Below are positions 38,801 to 53,310 of a stretch of DNA of 64,000 nucleotides, one piece after another. The notes beneath the pieces are model-generated. The model saw only the letters and a list, made by a program, of their open reading frames with translations. It had not been told where the DNA came from and did no database searches. Source of the stretch: Camelus dromedarius (taxonomy: Eukaryota); assembly GCF_036321535.1 (NCBI RefSeq), contig NC_087436.1, forward strand, positions 27,902,001 to 27,966,000, in the 5' to 3' direction. The translations under genes were made by a program, and so were the position numbers. Each line of letters opens with the position of its first letter. Position 1 is the stretch's first letter.

Positions 38801-41279
38801 TTCCTCAAGATTACCCCTCTTTCCTTTCTTAAATAGAAACAGGCTATTTGCATTAATTTTAATGGTTCAAATGCTTGATTTCTCCCTGCATGAAATTGCA
38901 TGCTTCAGTACCTCATACCTGCTGATATAATAATTCATATAATCTTAAGAGGTGTCAAGAAGGGATTGAAAGTAGAAATAAAAAAATATGAACTAAAATT
39001 AATGATGATCCCCTACCACTTACTGATGAATAGTAGAACAAGGTCATTCATTTCAACACAGAGAGCCTGCCTTTCCTTTTGGTATTCTCTGATGCCTCTG
39101 GCTGTGGGGGTGTGATTACAAGCACCTTTGGCACTGCTGGGCAGCACTGAGTAGAATAACACTAAACCCATCCATTAAGAAGTAATAAGGCTATACTCTG
39201 AAATAACATAATAACTTATTGTATTGTAGTAAACAATGGTACCCAAATATATGAAAATAGTTCATGTGGCATTTAAAAATGTACACTTTACAGAAATATT
39301 TTATATTGACCAATTAGAAAAATGACTACAAATACCTGAAAAGACATACCAACTCAAACAGGAACTAAAATTTCAGCATATTTTTAAATCCTCAAGGATT
39401 TAACAAAATACACTGCTTTTGATTCTCCTCACTGAACCTTTCCCTACCAAATTTATCCACCTAACAATGAATGCAGATGTGTGGGTGACATTTTTTTGTA
39501 ATTGCAGAACAAGTGGTTTCCTTGAATGTCATAGAATAGTTTCCCCTGCATGTCTTAGATAGTCCTTATTATTTATGACAGTATATCAAAATACTGCCAA
39601 TAACATCTTCTGAATTGGTGGTTCCACTCCATTTCTATAGGGGAAGGTACATTGGTAGCAGGATCCACTCTTACCTTGCCATGACTGCTGCTTTTTCAAG
39701 TAATCTCAACAACAACAGCAGAAGACTATATTCACTGTTAAATTTACACCCCCTGGCCAGTTTGCGATACTTGAAAAATAAAAGGCACGCACTAGTTGAT
39801 ACAGTGTTCCCTGTGCTTCTAAAGTATTTGAATTTTTGAAGTGGCTAGCTGTGAAACTTGTCAAATTTAAAAAATCACTTTAAAAATTGAAAAGCAGGAA
39901 AAAGTCATTATTTACACTCCAGAGAAGTACTTCAATTGACCAAGAATTGGACATTGTGCCATTATGACAAATGGATGAGGCGGTCACCGCCCCCCCCCCA
40001 ACCTCCAACAAGTAACACGTACATGTCAAGTAAGAATTCTGATGTCAGGATCAAAGAAAAGACTACTTCACTAGAGTCCTATATATATAGGTGACTAGTG
40101 TCACCTATAAGAAGACACATATACCAGGCTCAAACATGCCACAAAGTATTATCAACCTATCAAGCTGACTTTGAAATATTAAAGAGACTTTGAGACTATG
40201 CAAATGAAAGGAAAATTATATGTCTGATTAGTTGACGTAACAGATAATATGAAATAGTGTATTTTAAAAATCTTTTCTTTTCATTTTAAGTCTCAAGACA
40301 CCCCCATTTTGACAGATTCCTCATTCTCAATTATTGTTAAGTTGATTAGATAGTAGATATTCCAAAATGTCACACTGGTAAAATCTTTAGGACTTCAAAG
40401 AAAAATGTCTACCTGCCAGCTTTCTCATCAAGTGGATTCAGTGTGGGATTAAGGATGTTATTTTTCATCTTTGATATAAGCACAGTTACTGGTTATATTA
40501 TTGTAATTCACATCATTCTTTCCTTTATTACATTTAAATGTATTCATTATACATTTTTGTGGAGTGAAAAAGGAAACAAAAATGATAGAATGACATATCA
40601 TTGTCAGTATGATAAAATGGATCTACTTAGCCAATTAATATTTTCTTTTGTTCCACATTTCAAACGTAATTTTAGTTGGCATCTATGTCTGAGAATATAT
40701 ATATCTCACTACTGAATCATGACAAGGTCCACTATTGAACTAACTAGGAAACCCATTATAAATTCTAATCAAGTCAATTTCTATGTGGTCACTTTTTAGG
40801 GTTGTAATTTGTTGAAATCTCATGGGCTTTGCATATTTCCGAAGCTGGTAGATGGCAATTAAGCTTAGTTTTAAGCTCAAGTGTAGGAATTAGTTTTAAA
40901 TCACTAAATCAGCTTTTACTTTCACCATGGGATCTACCTGTATGAGCTCCCTAGGTTCAACATGCTTATCAAAGAACTGGAGTTAGATTGTACTAGCTTC
41001 TGGCACCTTTATTTCCTTGCCCAATGCCAGTACGCCATCTGATCGTATCTGTGTGAACAGAATCATAAAAATACTGATACACACACTAAGAAACAGTAAA
41101 ATTAATACCTCTATAAGTATTCATTTCTATTTTATCTGTTCTCTCCATAAATGCATTAGCCAAATATCATAATTTTTCTAAAATATTTCTTAATATTTAT
41201 TTTGATTTGATAATTACCTTCCACATTAAAATTAATCGACATGAAGTTATTATTGTAAGCAATTTTGCTACTTACTTCC

Positions 41280-41395
41280 TTACATTCATTCATTCATTCA
41301 ATCATTCAACAAAAATCTTGAAAGTTATTTAGGGCATGGTAGGTGAGGTACACTCACAGACAATTGGAATGATGTATCAGTGACCAAAAGAAAGT
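41280..41395 (-). mobile_element. L2 3' terminus with (cattc/catt)n tail
   Basis: cattcattcattcattcaatcattcaacaaa is the typical antisense L2 end. Confidence 0.65.
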
Positions 41396-41399
41396 TATA

Positions 41400-41895
41400 T
41401 ACGTAAAATTGCACAATTCTGGAGACTTGCTTGGTAGTTTACTATAAAGTTACATATGCACTTAAAATACAATCCAGAATTTTTCAACCAACAGGTGACA
41501 GATTATATAAATTATGTTATATTCATACAATGGAATACTACTTAGCAAAAAAAAGGGATAAACTCTAGATACACACACATCATGGATGGGTGAACCTCCA
41601 TAACATGAAGCTGAGTGTAAATGGTCAGAAACAAATTAGTGCAAATTGGATAATTTCAGTTATATGAAACTTTAGAAAAGTCAAATAAAATTTATAATGA
41701 CAGTGAAGATTACTTGTTGTTGAAGGTTTTGGCAACGTGACTAGGAATGGACACTGGGGAATACTGGGAATAATCTAAATGTTCTCTATCTTGATTTTGA
41801 TGGTGAATACACAGCTGCCTCAATTAGCCAAAATTCATTAAACCCTGCATTCACAAGATTTGCATGTTATTCTGTATAAATTATATCAAAAAACT
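41400..41895 (+). mobile_element. L1ME/L1MD-like 3' end
   Basis: attcatacaatggaatactacttagcaaaaaaaaggg...tgttctctatcttgatt...tgtataaattatatcaaaaaa. Confidence 0.8.
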
Positions 41896-41949
41896 GGTTT
41901 TATCATGTTAATATACAAGAATTTCCAGCAAATTTTAGTAAATAAAAAT

Positions 41950-42860
41950 TATGAGACAGTGGAGCCTTTTTTTCCTGCACGCATTTATTAAGCTAGGTTG
42001 TAATGCTACAATAATTAAAAGTGTTTGCTACAAGGTATATATGTAGGCAGATAGGAATGTTGGGAAAAAAGAAAGGAGAGGTTAGAAATATATCTAAAAT
42101 CATAATGGAAATACAGCACTAAATAAAGGTAGAATTTTAAAATACTGGGAAGAAAATTGCAAAGTAACATTGCTGGAACAAATGGTTAAAAAAGTAATGA
42201 ATATATAGAATAATCCTTTACTCCAAATTTTCGTATCATCAAAAATTCTGGTTGCATCAATGACTTATTCATAAAAATGAAATCACCAAATTATTAGAAA
42301 TAACACCAGCATGTAAATGGTTATGTTTAGCAAGAAACAAAACCACAAACCACAAACATAAAAAGATTGGAACATATGGCTACTATAAAGTAAAATTATT
42401 CAAATAGTAATAAAATTATTGGAAAGAAAATCAATTTCAAAGATAGAAACTGGAAAAAATTTGCAATGTGTACAACAGGTGGCTAATATTCTGATTAAAT
42501 AAAGCAGAAGTACCAAATAAACAAAAAAACCCACAACTCAATAGAAATATTGGCAAAACCTATACCGTAAATAAGTGAAATACAAATGGATGTTAAGTAT
42601 AAGGAAGAAAATATTTCCACATGTAGTTCATATGTAATGGTAATAAGTCATGAAAAATAAATGCAAATTAGATGGCTATTTTGCATTTCCACCACCAGTG
42701 GATGAGTTTTCCCATTGCTCCATATTGTTGCTAACAACTGGTATTCTCAGTCTTCTAATATTAGCTATTCCAATGAATGTGTCATGGTCCTTTATTATGG
42801 TTTTATTTTGCATTTCTCTGATGACTAATAATGTTGAATAATTCTGTAATTGTTGGCCTT
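41950..42860. mobile_element. Old L1 ORF2 fragments: plus strand to about 42675, minus strand 42680-42860
   Basis: plus: atttgcaatgtgtacaaca...aatgcaaatta; minus: ttgcatttccaccaccag...ttgcatttctctgatgactaataatgttga. Confidence 0.65.
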
Positions 42861-43549
42861 TTTGTATATTTTTTTTACATTAGATGTTTTCTCAATTATT
42901 CTGCCTATCTTGATTTGGTAATAATGAACCTATTCTACTCCTGCTTTTAATTAGAGTATTAATAACTCACCTTGAATTTAATATTAGGTAATATTTATAA
43001 TAATTATTTTGTAATATTAAGGTATTAGCCAACTGGTGTATCTAATATTGTAAAGGAAAATGGCTGTTGACATTTATTATATGTTAGTTCAGTATCAATG
43101 AAGGTTGCTTTTTTGATTTATCATGTTAGTTGATTATAACGTTCAATTTTGTATAGTTATGGTAGCTGTAACAGAGTAAAGTAATAGTTGATCTGACAGG
43201 TTTATGTATCACATTCGGGTAGTCTGCCCAGGGTTGGCATGGGGTCTCTCAATTCATTAAGGCATATGTCTCTTTCACTTTGTTCCGCTGTCCTCAACTT
43301 ATAGCTTTTTTTTTTTAATGTTCTATAAAGCTTGTTCTTGATCATGCCGTTGGGTCTTTATTTATATTATCATCTTCCTCAAACTGTTATGTTCCTTCTC
43401 TCTATAGTTATTGTTCTGGCATCATCTTATATTATGTATATTTGAATTTCCAACTTTCTTTATTACAGGTTTTGTTGGCAAATAAACTCCTTATTGTATT
43501 TTGTTGTGGTGAGAATGCATTTACTTTTAAATTCTGGAGTGCAATTTTT

Positions 43550-46130
43550 GTAAGTGAATATCCAGTTTTCTCAGCACCATTTATTAAAGAGACTATCCTA
43601 TCCCCATTTAGTGTTCTTGGCTCCCTAGTCAAATACTCCCTAGTTGATTGTACACATGTGGGTTTACACCTGGGCTCTCGATTCTGTTCAGTGGTCTGTG
43701 TGTCTGCTTTTATGTAAAAAACAGATTGTTTTGATTACTATAGCTTTTTAATAAAGTTTGAAATCAGGGAGTATGATGCCTCCAGTTTTGTTCTTCTTTC
43801 TCAAGAGTCTTTTGTGGTTCCATTCAATTTTTAGGAATTAAAAAATGTCATTAGAATTTTGACAAGGATTGTACTGACTCTATAGATGTCTCTGGATAGT
43901 ATGGACATTTTAGCAATATTAATTACGCAGATCTATGAACACAGGATATCTTCCCATTTATTGTGTGTCTTCTTCAGTTTCTTTCATCCTCTTGTAATAT
44001 TCAGAGTACAAATCTTTTACTGCCTTGTTTAAATTTATTCCTAAATATTTTATTACTTTTTATACAATTGTTAATGGGATTGTTTTTGTTTCTGCTTTTA
44101 GTTCATTATTAGTATAAAGAAATACAACTAATTTTACATATTGATTTTATATGCTGCAACTTTACAGAATTATTTAATCAGCTATAACAATTTTTTGGTG
44201 GAGTGTTTAGGATTTTCTATATGTAAGATCCTAGCATTCACAGAGAAACTTCCACTTTTTCCGGTACAATTTGGATGCATTTTACTTTTTTTTCTTGCTT
44301 GATTGTTCTGTCAATGGCTTCTAGTACTGAAGTGAATAAAATTGGTGAGATTGAGCACTCTTGTCTTGTTCTTGATCTTATCGGGAAACATTTCAAACTT
44401 TCACCACTGAGTATGATGTTGGCTGTGGATTTGTCATATATGGCTTTAATGATGTTGAAGTTGCTTCCTTCTAGAATCCATTTTTTGAGAGTTTTTACTA
44501 GAAATGTTAAATGTTGTCAAAAGCTTTTTCTGCAACTTTTGAGATGATCATATGCTTTCACCTTTCATTCTATTAATGTGTCTTATCAAATTTACTGATT
44601 TGCATGTATTGAACCACATGCAAATCAATACAATAGTACATTCAAGGGATAAATCACACATGATCATTCTTGTGATCCTTTTAATGTACTGTTGAATTCA
44701 ATTTGCTAGTATTTTGTTGGAAATGTTTGTATCTGTATTTATCAGGGATATTGTGCTGTTGTTTTCTTTTCTTGTTGTGTCCTTATATAGCTTTGGTATC
44801 TGGGTAATAATACTGGCCTCATAAAATGAGTTTGGGAGTACTCCCCCCTCTTCAATTTTTTTTTTTAAAAGAGTTTGAGAAGGATTAGCCTTAATTCTGC
44901 TTCAAATGTTTGATAGACTTCACCAGTGAAGCCATCTGGCCCCAAACTTTTCTCTGTTGAGATTGAATTGATAAGAAAACTGATGCAATCTCCTTATTTG
45001 TTTTTCGCCTGTTCAGTTTTTTGTATTTTTTCATGATTCAGTTTTGGCAGGTGGTATGTTTATAGAAATTCATCCATTTCTTCTAGGTTATCAAATTTGT
45101 TGGTGTATAATTTTCATGGCAGTCTCATGATGCTTTGTATTTTGGTGATGTCAGCTGTAATTTTACCACTTTCATTTCTGCTTTTATTTATTTCAGTCTT
45201 CTCTATTTTTCTTAAGTATTCCAGTCAAAGTTTGTCTATTTTGTTTATCTTTAAAAAAAACAAACTACTCTCAGTTTCATTGCTCTTTTCTATTGTTTTT
45301 TTTGGCCTCTGTTTTGATTATTTCTGCTCTAATCTTTGTGATTTCCTTCCTGCTGTTAACTTTGGGCTTAGTTTATGCTTCTTCTAGCTCCTTGAGTTGT
45401 AAATTTAGGTTGTTTATTTGTGATCTTTCCTTTTTTCTTTTAAGGCATTCATTACTGTAACTTACCCCTTAGAAATTCTTTTGCTACATCCCATAATTGT
45501 TGTATGTTGTGTTTCCACTTTTATTTATTTCAAGATTTTTTTTATTTCCCCTTGGATTTCTTATTTTACCCATTGGTGTTAAGGAGTTGTTTTGTTTCCA
45601 CATCTAGTCTGCAGGAACCAGTCTAGAGACTAGGTTGTGGGGCCAAACAGTTGCTGTCCTTTTTAGGAGTCTGAAGTCTGGATTTACAGGGGCTGGTTTG
45701 GAGCCTGTGGCCACAGGAGCTGCCTGGGATGAGGGGAGCCAGCTTGTGGAGGGATGCACCAGAAGCCAAGATTTACAGGAATCTAATGGGAGCCTGGGGC
45801 CATGGGAGCCATCATTAGCTGTGAGTTGACCTTGTGCTAGAGCTTGGCCAACGTTGATGTCTTCAGTGAAGTCAGCTGCTCATTTCACTCTCATTTTCCC
45901 ATGGGTGTTTCTCTCAGTGCTGGGCTACCTGGGCTTAACGATGAAAATAATATGAACCTGTCTTTCTTACAGTCTTCAGTGCATATTTTTGTGCTTCATA
46001 CAGGTGCTAGAAATCCTCACTTGGAATCCTTAGCTCTTTGTGAAAGTTTTGTTTTTGTTTTTTGTTTTTGGATGTTCAAATTAATGTTTCTGGGAGGGGA
46101 CAGGTGCCAGAAATTCCTATACCATCTTCT
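43550..46130 (-). mobile_element. L1 (L1MA/L1M-type) ORF2 segment joined to a 5'UTR-like segment, nested in an older L1/HAL1 (about 43320-43545 and 46130-47100)
   Basis: antisense ORF2 at 43550-45605 (tccagttttctcagcaccatttatt..., caccagtgaagccatctgg); abrupt GC-rich 5'UTR-like repeats (ggagcctgtggccacaggagctg) at 45605-46130. Confidence 0.8.
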
Positions 46131-47195
46131 TGCATACATTCTTGTTTTATTTCTCAGTTGTCTAAAATTATTTGTCCAGCAGTTTTTCTTAAAATGAGAA
46201 TGTCCTCTAAAAGTTTCATCATGTTTGAAAATGTCTTCCTTTTGTTACTATGTTTAAATGACGGTTTAACTCTGTTTAAAATTCTTTGTTCACTCTTTCT
46301 CTTACCAAAGACTTTATAGTTATTGTTCATTTTCTTCTAGTTCTGAATTTGTGAATTTAATATCAGAATTCACCAAGCTTATTTTAAGTTAGGAGATGAC
46401 TTTTACTCCCTGTACTTCCAAAGGATTTATTCCTTATCTTACAAACGTGGCATGATTTTTCTTGGTATCCAGCATTTCTTATTTGGAATAGTATGGGGTA
46501 CATTGTGTTAAATTCTGAAGTCTTCTTTTAGTTTTGGAATACTTTCTTATAATTTTTAGTATTTCTGAAACCACCTTATTTGTTTCTCTTCCACCGGGAT
46601 ACCAATTATGGATATATTGGGAATATAGATATACGGGCTATCTTGCACATCAATGAAATACCTCTCTAAACAACTCAAATTTTTGCTCATTTCCACTTTA
46701 TTTTGCTCATTTTCACTTGAGTTAAGTGTTTACTTTCATTAACTATGTATTGAGCAGAGATTATTCCTTTTTCGAGGGCTTAAAGGAAATCTTTATTTCT
46801 GCAATGACTTTTACAATCTTTCTCCTCTCTTCTGAATTCTTCTAGCTTATATTCCATATTCCTAGAATTCTAAAACAAAATTTCCTAGTAACTTTTTAAT
46901 ATACTATGTATTTACTTACTTATATAATTTTAAAAGAAATCTATGAACATGATTTTAATCTAATGTATAGCAAACATTTTTTGTGTTTATTTTTCTCTGT
47001 GCTGTCTTATTGATGATATGTTAATCCTATAGAATTTTTTATACTTGATATGATAGGTCTGTTTCTATTATTACTTATCTTAAATGAAAATAATTCTTCC
47101 TGAACCAACCAAGTATCTTCAGGGCTATGTGCCAATTGTAAGAAAATTTTCCTGACTCACAGTAAATGCATGAATAATGAGGGGCGGATGTGCTT

Positions 47196-47210
47196 TGTGT
47201 GTGTGTGCAT

Positions 47211-47247
<37 letters not shown>
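47196..47247. repeat. (TG)n microsatellite, interrupted
   Basis: tgtgtgtgtgtgcatgtgcgtgtgcgtgtgtg... Confidence 0.98.
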
Positions 47248-50200
47248 ACTTTGTGACAGACAGAGAACTGAAATTATAAGATCAGCAGTTGCATGGATGC
47301 TTATACAGTTGAAAGCCTAGGAGAGAGATGTGCACTAAGCTACTGTACTATGGCAATGATGGGGAAAGTCACTCCACCCAAAAGAGATCAAGTTGCCCCT
47401 GATATTATATATTCAAATTATATATTCAATATAGAAAAAATAATATAATTAATGCATGATAGTAGGACAAAGTCCTATTTTTTAAATTTTAGAGCTATCA
47501 TCATGACGGAATAACTTCAAAATCCATCATTAGGGTTTAAAATTTCTATTTGTTTGATTTATTTGCATAAATGTTTATGTTATTTGGAATATTTTAATTA
47601 ACCCAATTTAGCATTGATAGAATAGAATTTAGATTTTTGAATATTTTTACACTAAAAATTCTTAAGTTAAAATTTGATAATTTATGCTGAAAATCCAACC
47701 ATGTATAATCAAGATTTGTTTTTTATACAGTTATTTAGATATTCTGTTATAATTAATAAGGATATAATTTTATTATCTCCTATGACTGTCCTGATACATG
47801 AGCCAAACAATTTTTTCTATCAAACCATAATAGTTGTTACATATTTACTAATGAATAGCTTGGTAAAGGAGTAAGTATAAATTCAAAAGAAAAGCTAATG
47901 CCTTTATTGTGCATTGGATTAATAAAGTAAGCACCTTGTATTATATAGCTTAAAAATACAAGGACAGACAAATAATTAGTCAAGCTTGAACTCATCACGT
48001 ACATAACAACATGCCCATAGGTCACTTCTAGCTTCCTGCAACCCACTTCTTGGTGACATTTTTCTAGTTATTTTTTAACTGATTTTTTATTGCTTTATAC
48101 TGAATTTTCATCTTTATTCTATTTTTTAAAAACTATATGAAAGGATTCACCGACCCTAAAAAGAAAACCATGGTAATTGTCAAGCCTTGTAGGTTTTTCT
48201 TAGGAACACAATTATTTTCTAGTTGTAGATTTCAACATTTGCTTTTTAAAATATATTTAAAAAATGGTATCAAATGATGTCCCACTAATTTCACCATAAA
48301 AATAAACTTCAGAATTGATGCCTGGACTATAAATTTATTTTTTGATCTGTTAGTCTGATAAATTTATTTTTGTTCAGAAAGCTTAAAGAGATTAATTTTA
48401 TTGGTTCTTTCCCTTTCCCCAGATAATTAATGTTGGAAACTAAAATGTTATTTTTGCACATGTACATAAAAAAAAATTAAAACTCAACACAGAATTAAAT
48501 GGACACAAAGTATTTTCAAATTTGACTATAGATTTGTGTTCTTTCTCTTCAAAGATTTAAATGTTTTCAGAAAGTTAAAATGTCTGAGTTTCCTTTCCTG
48601 AAAATCAATAATAAAATTTCCAACAAACTGAGCAGTCAGGAAGCAAATGTTTTACTTTGGTCATTACAATTTCATAATGTATTAAACATTTGGATCAAAT
48701 TTTACTAGAAAATGATAACAAATGTATCAGCCAATAAATTTATATAAATTTCAGCCCAAGATTTGTGTTAAAAATTCAAATATACATGTTATAGATAGGA
48801 TAAAATGTAATGCATTTTGTTGTATCTCCAACTCCTATTATGGCACTCAGTAATGTCGACAGTATAGTAGAAAAAAAAGAAATAGCTATCACTTTTGTTT
48901 AGAGTGTGACCATATTGATGATAGATTTTTCTTTAATTATATCATTAATGTGAAATTAATATTGAACATATGATATATGGGAAAACATTTGACATTCTAC
49001 TTTTTTGACAGTGGTTCAACAGTTACCCATGAATAAGAGTTAGAATGATGATCTGGATTTTATAGTTGATGTTAACAAAGATAGCTAGCCTTAATAAAAT
49101 ATAACAAGTTCCATATTTCATACTTACATACAGTTTTTAAATTTTGAACTCTGAGCATTTGAAAAGCATATTTTCCACATTATTTTTCTCTGATGAATCA
49201 ATTATTTTATCCACTAATAGAAAAAATTTTTTACATAGAGAGGAAAAATATTCTGGAAAAGTAACTTAACTCTTAACTTCTGGGCAAAATTATATGATAT
49301 AAATGCTAAAAATGTGGAAATCATGGGGAGTAGACAGAATAAATACTTTGAAACACCTTATAGAGGTGTTTGAATTAAAGTTGAATATTTGACACTCTGT
49401 ATTAGGAAAGAATATTAAGATATAAATGATTAATATGCACATAATCAAACTTTATTTATATAACAGCTTCTGAATCTGAAAGAAATAAAATTCAAATCAA
49501 AGATCAAAGATATTACCCATAAAGTGATTAAATTAAATTCTGACAAAATTAGAGTAAATTGTGTGTTGGTTAAATATGTAAGCATGAACAGGATCTAAAG
49601 TTATCGTCTTCAATCAGGAAATTAAAAGTTTCAGGTTTGATGAATAATGTTTGCAATATAAAATTATACGAAATGTGAAAGCAGAAATTAGAAAACTTAT
49701 GAAAATCACTGCACATGAAGCAACTTTGAAATACTATCCCTTCTATATTCCTATCTAAATCTGACTTTCTTAATGAAACCTCAAACAATGCTAATATTAG
49801 ATAATAAATGGGATAGGCAGAGAGAAAGATGGACACGATGACAAAGAAGGGACTTATTAGAGCAAGTTGAGACTTCTATTTCTTTTGAATTTATTTGAGT
49901 TAAACTGGTACACACTGGGCCCATGCTTTGTATTATTAACTTTTCCAGGTGCTTAGTATTCAAAATAAAAATATTGATCCTCATGTTCAGGAACATTAGA
50001 GGTGAGATTCAGAAAACAGCTTGAGCAGACAATAGTTGTAAATAATTTGTAAATAGTTAAGCGTCCTAAATTTTTACAAGAATTGCTTCCAAAGGGTTAA
50101 ATGTGCCTTAAATCCATATACATTTGATCTAATTAACAGTAATGATAGCTAATTACAACCTATCCACTACTATCCCTTTCTATTGTGACAACAAGAGGCA

Positions 50201-50789
50201 ATCTTTTCACCTATACACTAATAAAATATTAAAAAGTAGCATTCATGGATAGTTTTCACACAGAGAATAGAGACAAAAATTTCAGAATATTGAAATTTGT
50301 TTGCTTGCCTATTAGAGCATATGTAAATTATATCTTGAAAGAGAGTGGCCTTGACTCTGTAGGATCAGGCTCTGGAAATAACAGAGGCAAGTTACTCATT
50401 CAGACTCTTTCCAGGTAGAAGTAAAGCTATGGCATGGAAAATATCTCAAAGTCCATGTGACTACTATGATGATTACTGAAGATTTCCATAGGAAGAATGT
50501 TCATAGGGTTGTTACATCATATTAACAATATATATGGAATACTCTTAGAAAAAGGCCTATGACACAGTAAGTACTGAATAAGTATTACTCATTATTAATA
50601 GTAATTTCAATTATTAAATTCTCAGGTTGTATTAATTTTTTCTCAGTCTGACATTTTATTTTGCAGTGTCAACCAGAGGAGTTCATTTAGAATTTATATA
50701 ATCAAGGTTACTTCTTCCAGAACTGCACCCACACCTTTCTACTACTATAATTATTATAACACAAAATTAATGCATCGAAATTTAAATTT

Positions 50790-53310
50790 TCTAACAGCAC
50801 TGTTGAAGAAGTCACATACAAAAAATTATACATATTTATAGTGTACAATTTAAGGTTTAACATATGTAAATACCTGTGAAGCCATCACTACCAAAAGACA
50901 CTGACCATATTCATTGCCCCCCAAAGTTTCCTCATGCCCCTTTATATTTCTTGCCTTCTTCCTTATTCGTATTCTCTCCCCAACTCTAAGCATCCTTGAT
51001 CTGCTTTTTACATTTACTTAGATTATTTTGCATATTCTGAAATTTTATAAAATTAAATTATAAAGTATCCATTCTTTTATGAAGGTTGTAGATTTTCAAC
51101 TCAATAAAATTATTTTGAGGTGTCATCCAACTTATAGTGTACACTCATTTTTATTCTTGAGTAATATGGCCATGATATAGCAGTTTGCTTATTCATTGAA
51201 TTGGTGATGAACATTTGGATTGCTTCCAGATCTAAGTTATTACAAGTCAAGATTCTATGAAAATTCTTGAAAAAGTATGAATGCATGCTTACATAGCTCA
51301 TAGATATATGCTGAAGAGTAGAATGGATAGTGTATATGGTAGGTAGGTGTATTGTTAAATTTAACAAAACTGTCAAACTATTTTTCTAGGTGATTCTGTG
51401 AATGAAAATTCTAGTTTCTTCATATCTTCACCAGCCTTTGGGATATCTGGAATTTTAATTGCCATTCTAAGTGCTGTGTAGTGTTATCTCATTTAATTTG
51501 CTTGTCTTTGATAATCAGTATTTTGACCATCTTTCATGTGCTTATTTACATGTTTATCTTTTTGGGAATATTTGTTCAAATCTTTTGCCTGTTCTAAATT
51601 GGCTTTTTATTTTATTTTTTATTATTGAATTTGAGAAGCCTTTACATATTCTAGATACAAGTAATTTATCATATGTATGATTTGCAAATATTTTTCCCAG
51701 TCTGGGTACTGTTCTTTCATTTTCTTAGCAGTATCTTTGAAAAGCGGATTTTTAATTTTGATGAAGTCAAATTTACCAACTTTGTTTTGATAGAGCATGT
51801 CTACAAGTGTCGTATCTAATGAATCTTTGTTGAACTCACGGTAACAGATTTTCTCCTATGCTTTCTTCAAGATATTTTATGGTTTTGGGATTTATATTTA
51901 GATCTCTGGTTAATTTTGACTTAATTTTTGTATGTTGTGAGGTATGGGTCTAAGTACATTTTTTGTAAATGATAATGCAACTGTTCTATCACTACTTAAA
52001 AAAATTATTTCCCACTGAATTGCCTCTGCAACTGTCACTATTTCCTATTCTGTTCTGTTGCTCTATTTCTTAGAATTTATGCCAATACCACATATCTTGA
52101 TTATTGTAGCCTTATATCTTATGAAAAGGTAAGGTTGGTTATATAAATTTGTTCTTCTCTCTCAAAGCTTTTAAAAATATTATATAATTTTGCATTTCCA
52201 AATAAACTTGAAAATAACATTTTCAATTTCCACAGAGCACCTGCTGGGATTTTGATTGGAATTCCTTTATATCTGTATATCAGTTTGGACAGAATTGTCC
52301 TCTTAACAATACCAAGTCTTTCAACTCATGAACATGGTATATCCTTTATTTATTTAGCTCTTTTTTAATTTATCATACCAGTGTTTTATAATTTTCTGTG
52401 CACAGGTCTTTCTTATCTTTTGTTAGATTTATTTCTAAGTATGTCATAAGTTTTGACACCTTTATATGGTATTGATTATAAATGTAATTTCTGTTTATTC
52501 ATTACTATTATATAAAATACAATTGATTTTTGTATAAAGATATTGTTTCGTTCACTCACTTACTCATTTTTGTGTTCAATTCACTTATATGTTTCAGTAG
52601 GTTCAGATTCTACTGAATGGATGATCGTATTGTTTGCAAATAAATATATAAAGGCTCATCAGAAAAAAAAAACTTCCTTTCTAATTTAGATGCCTTTTTC
52701 TTCTCAGATATTGTATTGACTAGAATCTCTGTACAATGATGGATAGAAGAGGTGGGAATAGATATCATGTTTTCTTCCGTATCTCCAGAGTAACGGATTA
52801 AATTTTTACCACAAGATATTATGTTTGTTGTAGATTTTTTTGTAGATGCTTTTTATCAAGTTTAGGAAGTCTCCATCTATCTCAATGTCTTGATAATTTC
52901 TATCAGTAATGGATGTAATATTTTGATAGTAGTATTTTAATTTTTAAAAAATTTATATAAAGAACTAATTGACTTTATAAATGTCAAATCAACTAGAAGA
53001 AACCATACTTGGTAATCAGGTGGTTTTATTTTTTTTTTGTACTGATAGATGAATTTGCTAAAATTCTGATAATAATTTTTAGTTTTTTACCATATAGTTT
53101 TTAGTTCTTCATAGTATCCTGGTCTGGTTTTTGCTGTCATCATTTTCCTGACATTATAGAATGAGTTGAGACATACTCAAACCTGTTCAATTTTCAGGAA
53201 GAGTTCATGTACAATTGATATTTTTTCTTTTTTAAAGTGTTTAATTGAATTCACCAGTGAGGTCATCTGGGCCTAGATTTTTCCCTGTGGAGAAATTTTT
53301 AAACTATTAA
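50790..53310 (-). mobile_element. Old LINE-1 (L1MB/L1MD-like) 3'UTR plus ORF2 3' half
   Basis: tagtgtacaattt...cctgtgaagccatcactacc...ccccaaagtttcctcatgcccc 3' end; antisense ORF2 through gaattcaccagtgaggtcatctgggcct. Confidence 0.9.

Noticed and set aside
48210..48235. Resemblance of gttgtagat to a Cas12a CRISPR repeat end
   Set aside because: Mammalian context, no regular repeat-spacer periodicity, no cas genes.
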